A program made the position numbers and the translations under genes. DNA of 64,000 nucleotides, taken from assembly GCF_009914755.1 (NCBI RefSeq), contig NC_060932.1; one strand, 5' to 3'. This document shows positions 1 to 17,825 of this stretch, piece by piece; within the stretch, counting starts at the first letter, position 1; each line of letters begins with the position of its first letter. Under the pieces are notes generated by a model. That model did no database searches and was not told the origin of the DNA. It saw only the letters and a program-made list of their open reading frames with translations. The DNA comes from the human T2T-CHM13v2.0 reference genome, Homo sapiens.

Positions 1-565
<565 letters not shown>

Positions 566-702
566 TTACAGTCTGGAATTTCATGAAGAGAATTAGTTGA
601 CATTTTGCAGAGATGAGGCAAAAGATTCCAATGGGTAAAATAATTAAGAACTTGTTTTAAAAGGGTTGAGAATTTAAATGAGTTCTATAAAGATGTATTT
701 AA

Positions 703-989
703 TTTTATTTATTTTTTTGAGACAGGGTCTCATTGTGTCACCCAGGCTGGGGTGCAGTGGTGCGAACATGGCTCACTGCAGCCTTGTTCTCCTGGGCTCA
801 AGCGATCTTCCCACCTCAGCCTCTTGAGTAGTTGAGAGTACAGGCACGTGCCACTACACCAGGCTATTTATTTTTTATTTTTTTGTAGAGACAGGGTTTT
901 GCCATGTTGCCCAGGCTGGTCTTCAACTCCTGGGCTCAAGCAATCCACCCCAAACTGTTGGGATTACAGGTGTGCGCCACTGGGCCTGG
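703..989 (-). mobile_element. AluJ
   Basis: Antisense dimer with J-type CTCCTGGGCTCAAG diagnostics. Confidence 0.9.
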
Positions 990-1276
990 ACGTTTTATTT
1001 TCTACTTTCCCAGTATTCTGTGACAGTGTTACTAATATTGATGATATTAAAGGTGAGAAAGTGATGACAACGTCTAAGTGTCCAGATTGGTTAAACTCAT
1101 TTTGGAGCCAGTAGAATAGAACGATGGTCTCCATGGAGCAATGATTCTGGGCTGAAACAGACATGACAAAATATAATTATACATAGAACACATAAGATAC
1201 AAAAGAAAAGTTCATATTAGGGAAAAACAAACCCAATAGTGTTTAATTCAGTAGTTTCCTTTAAAACTCAGTTGAA

Positions 1277-1304
1277 AGAGACAGAGAAAGAGAGAGAGAG
1301 AAAA

Positions 1305-1341
<37 letters not shown>

Positions 1342-1342
1342 C
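1277..1342. repeat. (GA)n/(GT)n compound microsatellite
   Basis: Directly visible. Confidence 0.95.
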
Positions 1343-1639
1343 GCATATGTGTGGTTGTCTAGCCATTAGCAGTAGCAAGCAAATTAGCATAAATTACAGT
1401 TGTAGAACTCAAGGTCACATAGGCTAGTGTCACTCATGGATATAATAGTCAACAAAGGTCATGGTGCCAGCACAAGCAACTCTGATGGGGTACCAAAGAA
1501 AGCTTCCAGGCAGTAGTTACTATGCCAGAGTTCTCCTGAACACTGGGGTCTTTTAGATTCCATATCAGCTCAGAGTTACTATATTGGTTCTATTTTCTTT
1601 TCCCAGGTAGAAATATAGGCATGAAAGACCTTGATTGCT

Positions 1640-1930
1640 TAGACTGTTGGGCCAAACTCCCACAGATCCTGATTTTTAAATATTATTTATTTATTTTATT
1701 TTAAAAATTTAAAAGGTTTTTGTGGGTACATAGTAAGGGTATATATTCATGAGGTACATGAGATGTTTTGATACAGGCATGCAATGTGAAATAAGCACAT
1801 CTTGGAGAATAGGGTATCCATCCCCTCAAGCATTTATCCTTTGAGTTAAATAGCGTGGAGCCTAGTCAGTGGTATGTTTTTACATGTTCCTCAAGTGATT
1901 CGAAGTTGTGGCTAGGGTTGAGAATTGCCG
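1640..1930. mobile_element. MER5-like hAT relic interrupted by an L1 fragment
   Basis: MER5A-like motifs (cagatcctgatt ... caagtgattc ... agggttgagaa) on both sides of the L1 piece. Confidence 0.5.
1680..1847 (-). mobile_element. L1MA/L1PB-type 3' end fragment
   Basis: gggtacatagt...ttttgatacaggcatgcaatgtg...ccatcccctcaagcatttatcc is an antisense L1 3' UTR. Confidence 0.85.
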
Positions 1931-2199
1931 ACTTAGATGAAGAGAAGCTCTCCCTGACTGGAGCTCTTCTCAGGCATGAGGAATTGTCTTCCTGTACTAG
2001 GAGTTACCCACATCACTACCCATGGTGCTGACAGAGGTGCCATGCTCTCTAGGAGGATGAAGAGTCATTTGAGATGCAGACTAAGATGGTATCCATATCC
2101 TCTCCTGAAACTGACTCCCTTAGTGAGTAGCTAGAGTTCAACAGCGGAACTCCTTATGTAATCAGCGCTCTTACCGTTAGGGACCTGGACATCCTCTGA

Positions 2200-2543
<344 letters not shown>

Positions 2544-2546
2544 TGG

Positions 2547-2817
2547 TTTTTTGTTTTGTTTTGTTTTTTGAGATAGGGCCTCACTCTGTCTCCCAGGCTT
2601 GGAGTGCAGTGGCATGATCAAGACTCATTCCAGCCTCGACTTCCCAAGCTCAAGCCATTCTTCCACCTCAGCCTCTGGAGTAGCTAGAATTATAGGCGAG
2701 CACCACGATGCCTGGCCACCATGTTGCCCACGTTGGTCTCGAACTCCTGAGCTGAAGTGATCCACCTGCCTTGGCCTCCCAAAGTGCTGGGATTACAGGC
2801 ATGCACCACTGCCTGGC
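2547..2817 (-). mobile_element. AluJ, middle A-rich linker deleted
   Basis: Antisense Alu in which gcctggcc joins directly to accatgttgcc. Confidence 0.85.
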
Positions 2818-3039
2818 ATCCAACTGTAGCATTATCTTTCCCCTACTTCTAAATAAAAAATGGCTCCAATTACCTCCACTTACCACTTGCAATTGGATCA
2901 GTTGCAACCTTATCTCCCAGGCTGTCATGATTCTCTATAATCTAGGAGCACTAACCATTTCTTCAGCTTTGTTTTCCACGTTTTACTCTCAGATGCTCTC
3001 AGTCCCATCAGGTGGATTCACTAATCGTTCTCAAAGTGC

Positions 3040-3390
3040 ATCATGACATTTTCCTTGTCCCTCCCTCGTCCCCATGTTCTCATCTTGTCTGGGATGTTCC
3101 ACCTTCGTCCCTCTGTCAGTTTATTGCCTCCTCCAAGACCTGGATGTAGTCACACCTCCTTCCCAATATGAACCCACATTATTTCAATCCACATTGATTT
3201 ATGTTTCCTCAGACCTACTACACTAGTCACAATTTGCAATTATTTCTTTATGCCTTGTGTTAGTTTTATTTTTGTTAACTATTCCTCCTCAACTAGATTC
3301 CAAGCTTGTTGAGAATGAAATCTGTAGCTTGTTCTTTTCTCATTCACTAGATCGGGCTGAATTTGTATAAATACATCCATAAATAGTTCA
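3040..3390 (+). mobile_element. L2 3' fragment (degraded)
   Basis: aactagattccaagcttgttgagaatg... resembles the L2 terminus. Confidence 0.45.
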
Positions 3391-3643
3391 TGGGATAAAA
3401 GATTGAGATTATATGCTGAAAAATTTAGTATTCAAAATCTATTACAGTAGATTTTTCCAATATTTTAAAAGAAATTATGCTTTTCTTTCTCTGCTCACTG
3501 AAATAGTTTTCCTATTTATCCAATGTATATAGGTTGCCTCAATAATAAAACTTAGGAAAGATTACAGTTTATAGGTCTAACAGTCAAACTTAAATATTTT
3601 ACCTATTTTTTTCATATTCATCAATGGCTTTAAAATAGATTCA

Positions 3644-3790
3644 GGCCAAGTGTGGTGACTGAGTCCTGTAATCCCAGCACTTTGGAAAGCCAAGGCAGGA
3701 GGATAGTTTGCCCTCAGGTGTTTCAGACCAGCTTGGGCAACATGGCAAAACTCCGTCTCTACTAGAACAAAAACAAAACCAAAACAAAAC
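3644..3790 (+). mobile_element. Alu left monomer/FLAM
   Basis: Single monomer with A-rich tail. Confidence 0.9.
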
Positions 3791-3962
3791 AGATTTAGTC
3801 AAATTTAATTTATCATAGATATGAGTTTATCACCCTCATGACAATGTCATGAGTTCAAGGGTAAGAAAGTCATACCCTTTTTCTAAGGTCATTTAGCCAA
3901 TGCCATTTCATCTGTATTCACTTTCAATAGTCATGTTGGAATGTAATATTCAGGAAAAATGA

Positions 3963-4673
<711 letters not shown>

Positions 4674-4779
4674 AAGAATCTAATTGTAAAGAACATGTAT
4701 AATAGTAATAATTATAAAATTAAATAAATAAAATCATAAGCCGAAACATAGGAAAATACTAGCACAGATAAGAGCCATC

Positions 4780-5122
<343 letters not shown>

Positions 5123-5227
5123 TTATTTGAAGAATGATTCTCCACCTGAATAAGTATTGTTGTTTGCTGGTTATAAAACTAATAAATGTTCACAGAAAAA
5201 ATTAAGAAAATACCAAGCTCCACATCA

Positions 5228-5613
5228 TGAGCGAAATTGTGTCCTCCTTCAAATTTGTTAGTTAGTTGAAGTCCTAAACCCAGGACCTCAGAATGTGACT
5301 GTCTTGGAGATAAGGTCTTCAAAGAGATGATTAAATTAAAATGAGGTCACATGGGGGGGACCCTAATCCAATCTGAATGGTGTCCTTACAACAGGAGGGG
5401 ATTAGGACACAGATAACACACAGAAAGAGGGATGACCTTGTGAGAACACAGAGGGAGAATCGGCAAGCCAAGGAGAAAGGACTTTGAAAAATCCAAATCT
5501 GCTGATGTCTTAATCTTGGATTCCTAGCCTCCAGAATAGTGAGAAATAAATGTATGTTGTTTAAACCACCTAACTAGTCGGTGGTGTTTTGCTAATGAAG
5601 CCCTAACAAACTA
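5228..5613 (+). mobile_element. MLT1 (MaLR) solo LTR, MLT1A/B-like
   Basis: gttgaagtcctaa...cagaatgtgactgt...ggagataaggtctt...ccctaatcca...cctccagaa...gagaaataaat. Confidence 0.85.
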
Positions 5614-5625
5614 TAGAGTGTATAA

Positions 5626-5946
<321 letters not shown>

Positions 5947-6322
5947 TATTGCCCTTATAATCCCACCTTCAGGATAAAACCAAACTGTTTTAAGAGCTTA
6001 ATACATACATACATTAACTGCTTTCTAATACAAATAGGTTCATGGTAAACATCAAGTTTGTAAACACTTATCATGGACATTTCCCCATGAAATATGTGCA
6101 GATACACAACATCTTTTGTTACGGGCTCATAGTCTTCTAATGGATTGAACCAATCCTTGTCAATAGCCGTAAGTTTGAGTCATAGTCAGTATTCCACTGT
6201 CTTTGACTTTTTTGGTAGCCATTTAGGTTGTTTTTGTCTTTGTGCTAAACACTGCACAAAGAACATATTTATTATTGTACCCACATCTGTGTGCAGTTAA
6301 GAGATTAAGAAACATGATTTAA

Positions 6323-6590
6323 GGGCTGGGTGCAGTGGCTCATGCCTGTAGTCCCAGCACTTTGGAAGCCTGAGATGGATGGATGGCTGAGCCCAGGAGC
6401 TCGAGACCAGCCTGGGCAACATGGTGAAATCCCATCCCTACAAAAAATACAAAAATTAGCCAGGCATGGTGGCACAGGCCTGTAGTCCCAGCAACCTGGG
6501 AGGCTGATGTGGGAGGATTGCTTGAGCTACAGTGAACCAAGAGATTGTGCCACTGCACTTCAACCTGGGCAACAGAGTGAAAAAATAAAA
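6323..6590 (+). mobile_element. AluJ
   Basis: Sense dimer with internal deletion in right arm. Confidence 0.9.
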
Positions 6591-6664
6591 GATCTAAACA
6601 TTTTTCTTCTGATTAATATATTCATTGAACAATTGAAAATAATCATAGAAATAAGCAAAAGCTT

Positions 6665-7044
<380 letters not shown>

Positions 7045-7198
7045 TCAAAAATCAGATAATCACTTATAATGTGAAGATCTCTATCCTTCCAAACTTCTAT
7101 CCACATGATTTAAAATCACAACTGTATATTCACCTGTTTCTCGTAGGATCAAATGGACAAAAAATCCCTGGCTCTCATTGTATCCCATGGTGCAATTA

Positions 7199-7681
<483 letters not shown>

Positions 7682-7842
7682 GAGTTAGGTAGCAGGATAA
7701 GGCAGCATAGAGATGACTGACCTAGAGATGACTGAGCAGCAGGAGAAACTCATCTGCAAATACCTTTAAAGAAAAGCCCTTTGATAGCCTTTCCCCTTCC
7801 TTTTGGAATGAAGTCAGACTTCCATTCAAAGGCCACACAGTG

Positions 7843-8325
7843 GTCCCCAGCACAGTGGCTCATGCCTGTAGTCCCAGCACTTTGCAAGGCTGAAGCAAAA
7901 GGATTGTTGGAGGCCAGGAGTTTGCAACCAGCCTGGACAACATAGTGAGACCTCATCTTTATTATTAAAAAGTAAATAAGGTTAGCTGTGAGAGCTCACA
8001 TCTGTAATCCTAGCACTTTAGGAGGTTGAAATGGGTGGATTGCTTGAGCCCAGGAGTTTGAGACCAGCCTGGGCAACATGGTGAAACCCTAACTCTACAA
8101 AATATAAATAAAATAAAATAAAAATAAAAAAACCATTAATACAACATACAAATCATTAAAAAATTACCTGGGCATGGTGGTGCACACCTGTAGTTTCAGT
8201 TACTAGAGAGGCTGAAGTGGGAGGACTGTTTGAGCTGGAGAGGCTAAGGCTGTAGTGAGCTGACATTGCACCACTGCAGTCCAGCCTGGGCAATACAGTG
8301 AGACCAACTCTAATAAATACATAAT
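7843..8325 (+). mobile_element. FLAM monomer followed by AluJ
   Basis: Monomer 7843-7975, then dimer 7980-8325 with expanded A-rich linker. Confidence 0.85.
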
Positions 8326-8882
8326 TAAATAAGTATGCACAGCACTTTGAAACAGAGGAAAGAGAGTAAATGATAAGTCATAATTTGGGATAGGTAACCT
8401 GATCATAACTCCCTTTCTGTGTATGAAATTTCTAATTTATCAAGACTTTTCATCATCTGTAAGATGAGGAACGTGGGCCAGGTGCAAGCTACAGAATTCT
8501 CAGGGTGTTAAGTCTAATTTACCTATTTGAACACTGCTGCCACACAGTGCCTAGCACAAAGCAGGCTCTCCATAAATGTTTGTTGAGTTAAATTAAAAAG
8601 GGACAGAAAAAATTGCAAACTAGATTAATTACTTTGTAAAAAATTAAATTGAAGCTCTGTATAGATGACTGAAAAGAGCAAATTCCTCTGTGGTAGGATG
8701 TCTGGTAATTATTTTGCTCCTAATTATCCTTAAGTTGATGATTGTGAAAATGTTGAATGGTAATAAAATCTATTATATTATATTTGGCTTCAATTATAAT
8801 AAAACCAGATTGATGAAATAAATATTAAAGTTTGAGCTCATTCTACGTGAACTGGACAACTGAGTTAAAGTTTAGTAAATTA

Positions 8883-9199
<317 letters not shown>

Positions 9200-9974
9200 T
9201 TAGGGTAGAATTCATTGTAGACGTTTAAGAAAGACAGAAGGCCCCCGGTGGATAAAAAGGACTGGCCCCCAAGTTTATAATTCATCTCACCCTCCTTGAT
9301 CATCAAAGCAGAACTAGTAGAAATTCTTCTTCCCTCTTGTGAATTGCCTGCTCTACATGCTGGCCTTTGGTGACTTCTTGTCTTCAAGACTGTTCACTTA
9401 ACCATGCTTCCTCTTTCTAAATATATTGGGGGTGGACATAGGACAAACCAGATACTCCATGGAATTTGTTCCAGGTGTCCCTCTCTCCAACTGAAATGGA
9501 AGAAAACTGAGGGAATTGGTACTGATTATTATGTGTAAATTCATTGGAGGTTTAACCATATGGACACCCTGGCTGATTAAAATGTAAATGTCCTCTGTAA
9601 TAAAATTCTCATACTCTTAGATTTTGTCTTTAAAGAGAAAGTGTGAAAAGAGGAAAATTCAAGTAATTGTGGGATCTGAATAAATGTTGCCTCCAAACAC
9701 TTTAACTCAATTATCTAAAGTTTAAAAGATTTTTTAAAATTTAAATGACATGGAGGATGGTGTCAATGATTTCTCTTCTGCTGCATGCCTGGTTTCAGTC
9801 TTACTCAGTATCTCCAGCACCCACAGAATGCTGACCTTAAGAAGATGAATGCCAGTCACTGATATTAGGTCAATGCTGAGTTTAAGACACCACTGCATCT
9901 TATTAAGCAATTGCAGGTGTGAGGTAGTCCCAGCTGCACTGAACCTTTGAAAAGACTTGTGGTTATCTGCAAGG

Positions 9975-10000
9975 GTGTGTGTGTGTGTGTGTGTGTGTGT
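9975..10000. repeat. (GT)n microsatellite
   Basis: Directly visible. Confidence 0.95.
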
Positions 10001-10580
10001 ATTCACCACAAATAAACATTTGAGATTTGCATCTTTAGAAAATGTGGTTTGTTGTCAAGCATGCCATATCAAACTAATGCAGTTTTCACAAGAATGCTCA
10101 TAAAATTTATTCATGGAGAAAATCAATCACATTATACCTATCACCATAGAGTATCCTGTCTGCCTATGATAGACTATCTGGAAAATAGAATTGGAATTAT
10201 ACTCAAGTAGACCTCACCTACCAACTAACAATGATATTGTCAGGCCAATTGGTACAATATGGCCTTGCATCACAGTCTGGCACCACTCACTGAGGCAATT
10301 CCTCTAAATTATGTTTACTCAAACTCATACAGAATTCCATTTACTTGCTTCCCATTATAATCCTTTAGGATTTCCAGATTGTCCAGGCAGAGTCATCTGA
10401 ATCCATGTGCAGAGTGTACAGAGACTTTGAGGCATTCTCATGCTGTTGAGTGCCTATGGGGATTCTTTTTGGACTGCATAATTGGGCTTGCGCCCTAGGA
10501 GAACATTTGCAATCAAGGTCATACTCATCCTCTGTGATAGCAAGTGTCTCTCCCACTGGACCCTACTCAACATGAGTTCA

Positions 10581-10891
<311 letters not shown>

Positions 10892-10973
10892 CATGAGTTC
10901 AGGGACTGTAGCTTCAGCCTCTTTGCCTAGTACTTGTATCCATTCAATGAATGTTTGTTGAGTGAAAATCTAA

Positions 10974-11125
10974 GGGAGTAGACTTTTAGTGTTCTCACCA
11001 GAAAACATAAGTGTGTGAGGTTATGCATATGTTATTTAGCTTGGTTTAGTCATTCTGCCATGTATACATATTTCAAAACATCATGTGTACATGATAAATA
11101 TGTAAACATTTTTGTCAACAAAAAT
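10974..11125 (+). mobile_element. L1MA-type 3' end fragment
   Basis: gagtagacttttagtgttctcacca...gtgaggttatgcatatgtt...tatttcaaaacatcatg. Confidence 0.8.
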
Positions 11126-11506
11126 AATTTAAAAATATTTATTGAATAAACAATTATATCCACAAGAAAGAATAATTAGCAAATTTGTTAATATCCATTT
11201 ATTCTTTTCTTCTCAAGCTTTAATTAATATGTTTTGCTGCTAATAAGGGCATTATTGCTTGAGATGTAGATTATTTTTTCCTAAAAATAAATGAATAAAT
11301 ATTATCCTTCCTTAGAGCTGTAGTTTAATACAGTACCTGACTCATCTTGGGTTCAGTAACTTTTTATTAACATAAATTGACTTAGCCACTTTTTATAAAT
11401 TTCCAAGATCCATTGAGATAATAATAATTTTATAATCTGAGCACTTTCAAACTAAAATTATACAGGAAAATGATTATTAAGAAATATAATATCTAAAATG
11501 CCTTTT

Positions 11507-11680
11507 ATAAAAATTAGTTGGGCTTGGTGGTGCTCGCCTGTAGTCCCAGCTACTCGGGAGGCTGAGGCAGGAGAATGGCTTGAACCGGGAGGTGGAGGTT
11601 ACAATGAGCTGAGATCGTGCCACTGCACTCCAGCCTGGGTGACAGAGCAAGACTGCTCCTCAAAAAATAAAATTAAATTT
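11507..11680 (+). mobile_element. Alu right arm (5'-truncated)
   Basis: Begins at the linker; ends in an A-rich tail. Confidence 0.9.
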
Positions 11681-11943
11681 AAAATGGCTGGAAAAATCCT
11701 TGACAGGTAGTATTTACTAATTCTTTCCCTCACATATATTTTTGAAGAATAATGAAGACTGTAACTCCGAAGCTGGGTAGAAAATATAAAATTAATTTTA
11801 CTAAAGGGCAAATGGCAAAAAGAAAAGGTGGGTAGATTCTCTTTTGACCCAGTAAAGAGGTTTAACTATCTCATCAAAATGTCAAAATGTTACTCTGCCC
11901 TTCTCATATTTCCTGGCATCATAGTGAAATTCAACTAAATTAA

Positions 11944-12147
11944 GGCAGCCAGATAAAATATACAACACCTACTTAAATTTGAATTTCCAACAAACAATGA
12001 TTTTTTTTATTATAAGTATGCCCCCATGTAATATTTTGGACCTGCAAGGTTTGGGACATAATTATACTAAAAATTTATTCACTGTTTATTGGAAATTCAA
12101 ATTTAACTGACTATCCTGTATTTTTAGTTGCTAAATCTGGCAACCCT
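11944..12147. mobile_element. MER53 palindromic MITE
   Basis: gccagataaaata...ttaaatttgaatttc / gaaattcaaatttaa...gctaaatctggcaacccta; internal inverted repeat. Confidence 0.85.
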
Positions 12148-12479
12148 AATCAAACAGCAATGTGTACCAGCAATTTGAAAAAACAGTAATAATTTGGTGA
12201 GCTCTTTTTTTAAAAAAAAAGTTTATTGGCAGTTGACCAATTTCTTTCAAGTTAAAAAAAATTTTAATTTGAGATTTTAGAAGCGAGATAAAGTCTTTAA
12301 GCTAATTTTTCCCTTATCCTAAACCTATGGTTAGTTTGCATAATGGCACTGTGATTTCACCTTCCTTTAGAAAATGCTGTAGAATCAAAATATCTATTTT
12401 GGCTCTCCATGGTCACCAGAATGTGGCTTGCAAAAAAGGGAACAGTTGTTGGTTCTGGCTAAATGCCAGACATTTGGTG

Positions 12480-12960
12480 TAGAATTATCAGTTGCTTATT
12501 CTACCAGAAGTTTCAGTGGAAGCTTGTAAAGCAGGTTTTCCGTATTGGTGTGGATCAAGTAGCCAGGAGACCATTTACATTGCTGTTTATTTTCATTGCA
12601 TAGCGAAGAGCCCCAAGCATTCACACTGGAGGAGAAAAGGGCCAAGCTTGATAAGCAGTGTGGGAGGGGATAATAACCGGCTGTGACCTCGCCCGCCGGG
12701 CAGCTCTGGTTCACAGTGCAGAGGAGCCGCCAGCCAAGTTTGGATGGAGGTCTTGGCAGAGTCCTGCCAGCAAAGAAAGAAAAACCAGAAGTTGTACTAA
12801 ATTGGTCCTTTTATGGGCACTTTCTCCCTTCATTATTCACCTCTCTCAAGCAACCATATAAATCATCTTGTGCCTGAATTCTAAAATTCCGGGGAGTTGG
12901 TAGGTGAGCAACGGCGGGAGGCCTGGGCCTCTTGCCAGTACAAAACCCGGAGGACATTCC
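12480..12960. promoter_or_regulatory. Candidate enhancer (repeat-free, CpG-retaining, CArG and PBX-HOX motifs)
   Basis: CCTTTTATGG at 12807-12816; ATAAATCA (reverse complement TGATTTAT) at 12858-12865; about a dozen CpGs. Confidence 0.35.
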
Positions 12961-13139
12961 GGGGCTTCAGCCAGCTCCCAAAAGCCCTCTTTCCTTTCTT
13001 CTCTGAGCCCTAGGGATTGGCCAGCCTGTTTCCTTTCCACTGATGCCACCTGTTATTTCCAACTGCGTTTATCTCCTCTCCTGCTACAGTGTGGGATGGA
13101 AGACAGCTTCAGGACTGCTGGCCCACATTGCTCACACCA

Positions 13140-13310
13140 ACAGCCATTTATTGCCTGCTCACGTGTGTCAGGCACTCTACTATGCGCTTTGTATCATAAT
13201 ATCATTTTACAGAAGAGGAACTAAAGTTCTTGTATGTCGTCAGATAACCTCACAAGATCATAAGTATAAAGATGAGTTTCAAACATATCCAGTTATACTG
13301 TCTCAATCCA
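13140..13310 (-). mobile_element. MIR
   Basis: catttattg...gtgtcaggcact...cattttacagaagaggaact. Confidence 0.65.
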
Positions 13311-13514
13311 GTTCCCCAGACAAATGACATCCCTTGTCTAAGTGACATTGCCAGTAAAAACCGTAAAGAATGGGGCTTTTCCTAATGCTGCACCAGGTCT
13401 TCTTACAGGAAAATACAAAGACCACAGAGGTGCTAATAGTGGATCTTTGAGGCTTAGTGGGACTTTCTGTCATGAGATGGGGAGAGAGATAAGAGATGAT
13501 CTGGTGAATAAGTG

Positions 13515-13853
13515 GTTTTCTTTTTTTCTTTTCTTTTCTTTGTTTTGTTTTGTTTTGTTATGTTTTGTTTTGAGACAGAGTCTTGCTCCGTTGCCCAGGC
13601 CGGAGTGCAGTGGCATGATCTCTGCTCACTGCAACCTCTGCCTCCTGGGCTCAAGTGATTCTTCTGCCTCAGCCTCCTGAGTAGCTGGGATTACAGCCAT
13701 GGACCACCACGGCTGGTTAATTTTTGTATTTTTAGTAGAGATAGGGTTTCACCATGTTGGCGAGGACGGTCTTGAACCCCTCCCTCAAATGATCTGCAAG
13801 CCTCAGCCTCCCAAAGTGCTGGGATTACAGGCATGAGCCACCTTGTTCGGCCA
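13515..13853 (-). mobile_element. AluS
   Basis: TSD AATAAGTGGTTTT. Confidence 0.95.
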
Positions 13854-14179
13854 ATAAGTGGTTTTTAAATTTTGATGTATGCAAGAATCATCCACGGGGT
13901 TTGTGAAAACACAAAAGCAAAGATTTTAATTTTTTTTTTTTAGGAACCCATAAAGCTAATAAACATGGATACATTTCTATTATTAGATAGCCGTAGATTG
14001 ACTCAGGCTAACTGTATACATTTAAAACACTTGATGGTGTGGTAATAATTTTATCCTGTTAAATTATTTCTAGCGGAAATTATGCAAATAAGACCATCAA
14101 ATAATATAGTATATAGTGTATGTAAATGCCTAAGAATATCCCTATCATTTTGCTACATATAACTCAATCTCTACAAGTC

Positions 14180-14390
14180 ATAGGAGAAAAATAAAAACAG
14201 ATCATTTGACTTCATAACAAAAATTTTAAAAGTCTGCACGGCATAAAAAAAGACATACACAAAGTCAAAAGATAAATGACAAGGTGGAAAAAATATTCAC
14301 AGCTTGTATCACATACAAAGAGCTAATCTCCATAATACGTAAAGATCTTGTCAGAAATCAATAAGACAAATACCCAACAATCAATAAAAA
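14180..14390 (+). mobile_element. Old L1 (L1ME-like) ORF2 3' fragment
   Basis: A-rich; aaagtcaaaagataaatgacaa...aaaatattcacag...gaaatcaataagacaaa. Confidence 0.7.
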
Positions 14391-14429
14391 TTTTGTGAAA
14401 ATGTGTTTTCTCTCTCCTTATATAAATAT

Positions 14430-14517
14430 CCACGCAATATTTTCAGTTTTGCCTTTTGGCCTGCAAAGCCTAAAATATTTACTATCTGGTCCTTTACAGG
14501 AAAAGTTTGCCAACCCT
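14430..14517. mobile_element. MER58-like hAT end
   Basis: ggcctgcaaagcctaaaatatttactatctggtcctttacaggaaaagtttgccaaccc. Confidence 0.8.
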
Positions 14518-15868
14518 TATGAGAGTAAGAAGTGGAAGGTAAATTCTGGTTCCTCTAATGGCAGAGCAGCTTGCATTAAGCTAGCCCTACCACAAATAAC
14601 ATTTATAAACTCTCAACAAAATATAAAAGCCAACTATTTGAAGGCACTGGAAAGCAACTAAAAGTGGGCAGACACTGAAAGGAGTTAGACCACTGAAAGA
14701 CGGAACCATGCTATGTGAGACTCATGTTTATATGGCTTTTTCATTGAGGACACTTCCCAGTCTGCATGACAGCAATTCAAGCAAAAGGTCAGCTTAACTG
14801 GCTTGAGGTGTCAGAGTACAGGGTTCAGAGCTGCTAGAGTGGCTGGAAATTATCAATGTTATCTCGGAAATGAGGGAGACACAGAGGAAGGAGGCCCCAC
14901 CAATCTATGTATAAATACCACTCAAATTCACACTTATATTATGAAAGAATGCTTAAGGAAGCTCTTCAAGCTGGAGAAAAATGGTATCAGAAGGAAATTT
15001 GGATCTCAGAAAGAAATTAAGAGCACTAAAAATGGTAATTATGTGAGTGAATAACAAGGTCATTTTTTTCTCTCTCAATTTCTTCAAGACATGATTGTTT
15101 AAAGCAAAAATTATAATGCTATTTTGTGTTCATAACATATATAGATTAATAACATATAGAGATGCAAATTAGTGCAAGATGAGCTTGAAAGGTACTATAC
15201 TGTTTCAAGGAACTTATATTTTACATGAAGTGGTACAATTTTAACTCAACGTAGACTCTAATAAAGTAAGGATGCACCTTGTAATCCAACAACTAAAAAA
15301 TGAACAGATATAATTAAGCCAATAGAGAAATGAAATACTAAAAATTAACCAATTAACACACAAGAAGACAGAAAAGGAGAAACAGGGAAACAAAATCAAA
15401 TGGAATAAATAGAAACTAAATGGCAAAACTGTAAACCTAAACTCAACCTTATCAACAATAACGTTTTTGTAAATGGATGGAGTAGTCTAATAACAGAAAG
15501 ATATATGTAGACTGGATTAAAAACCAAAGACCCAACCATATGCTGCTTATAAAAGATGCACTTTAAAAATATAGATAAGTTGAAAGTAAAAGGATGAAAA
15601 TAAGTATTCCATCAAACTGTAAGTAGACTGAAAAACAAAAAGTAACACTAGAAATTAAAAAGGTCATCTAAAAATGAAAAAAAGTCAATTTATTAGAAAG
15701 ACGTAACAATAAAATGTATCACCTAATAACACATTTTAACAACAATAATTATGTATCACCTAATAACATACTTTTAGTATACATAAAGGAAGATACAGTT
15801 AAACAGTGATAGTTGGAGATTTTACCACCACCCTCTCATAACTGATAGAACAATAAACAAAAATATTA

Positions 15869-16135
<267 letters not shown>

Positions 16136-16356
16136 GGAAAATTAGTAAAGATATAGGAAATCTTAACAATACTATTAATCTTCTTAACAAAATTGACAAG
16201 AATAGGCCAGCACACACAATAGCTATAGAATACATTTTTCTCCAAAGGTAGGTAGAGAATGAACCGAAATAGATCATGTGCTGGGCCATGAAAAGTCTTA
16301 ATTAATTCAAAAAAATTACAATACATTATGATATGTTTTCTAATAAAAAAGTTTAA

Positions 16357-17010
<654 letters not shown>

Positions 17011-17137
17011 AAAAAAAAAAAAAAAAATTCACAAAGAATATTAGAAACTATTCTGAGTGGAATGATAATAAAAACACAAGATAACAAAGTTGGTGTTATA
17101 TAGTTAAAGTAGTGTTTAAAACAAAATGTGTAGCTTG

Positions 17138-17433
<296 letters not shown>

Positions 17434-17825
17434 TGTAGCTTGAAATGCTTATATTTGAAGAAAATCTTTAAATCATAGATCTAAGATTCCACCTTAAGAA
17501 ACAAGGAAAACAAAAGAAAGATAGGTAGAAAAAAAGGAAATAATACAAAAGCAGAAACCAAAGAAATAGTAAGCAAAAATTTTAAAAATTAAAAAAACCC
17601 AAAAGTTGGTTCCCTGAAAAAAATTAATAAAATTCATAAATACCTGGAAAGATCAAGCAAGAAAAAAGAGAAAACACAAATTGCCAATATCAGATATACA
17701 CGAAGAAATATCACTGCAGTTCCAATAAATCAACAGTTTAGATGAAAGGACACATTCATTGAAAAACACAATTTAGGAAGTCTGACACAGGAGAAATGAA
17801 AAAAATAAGAATACCTCTATATTTG

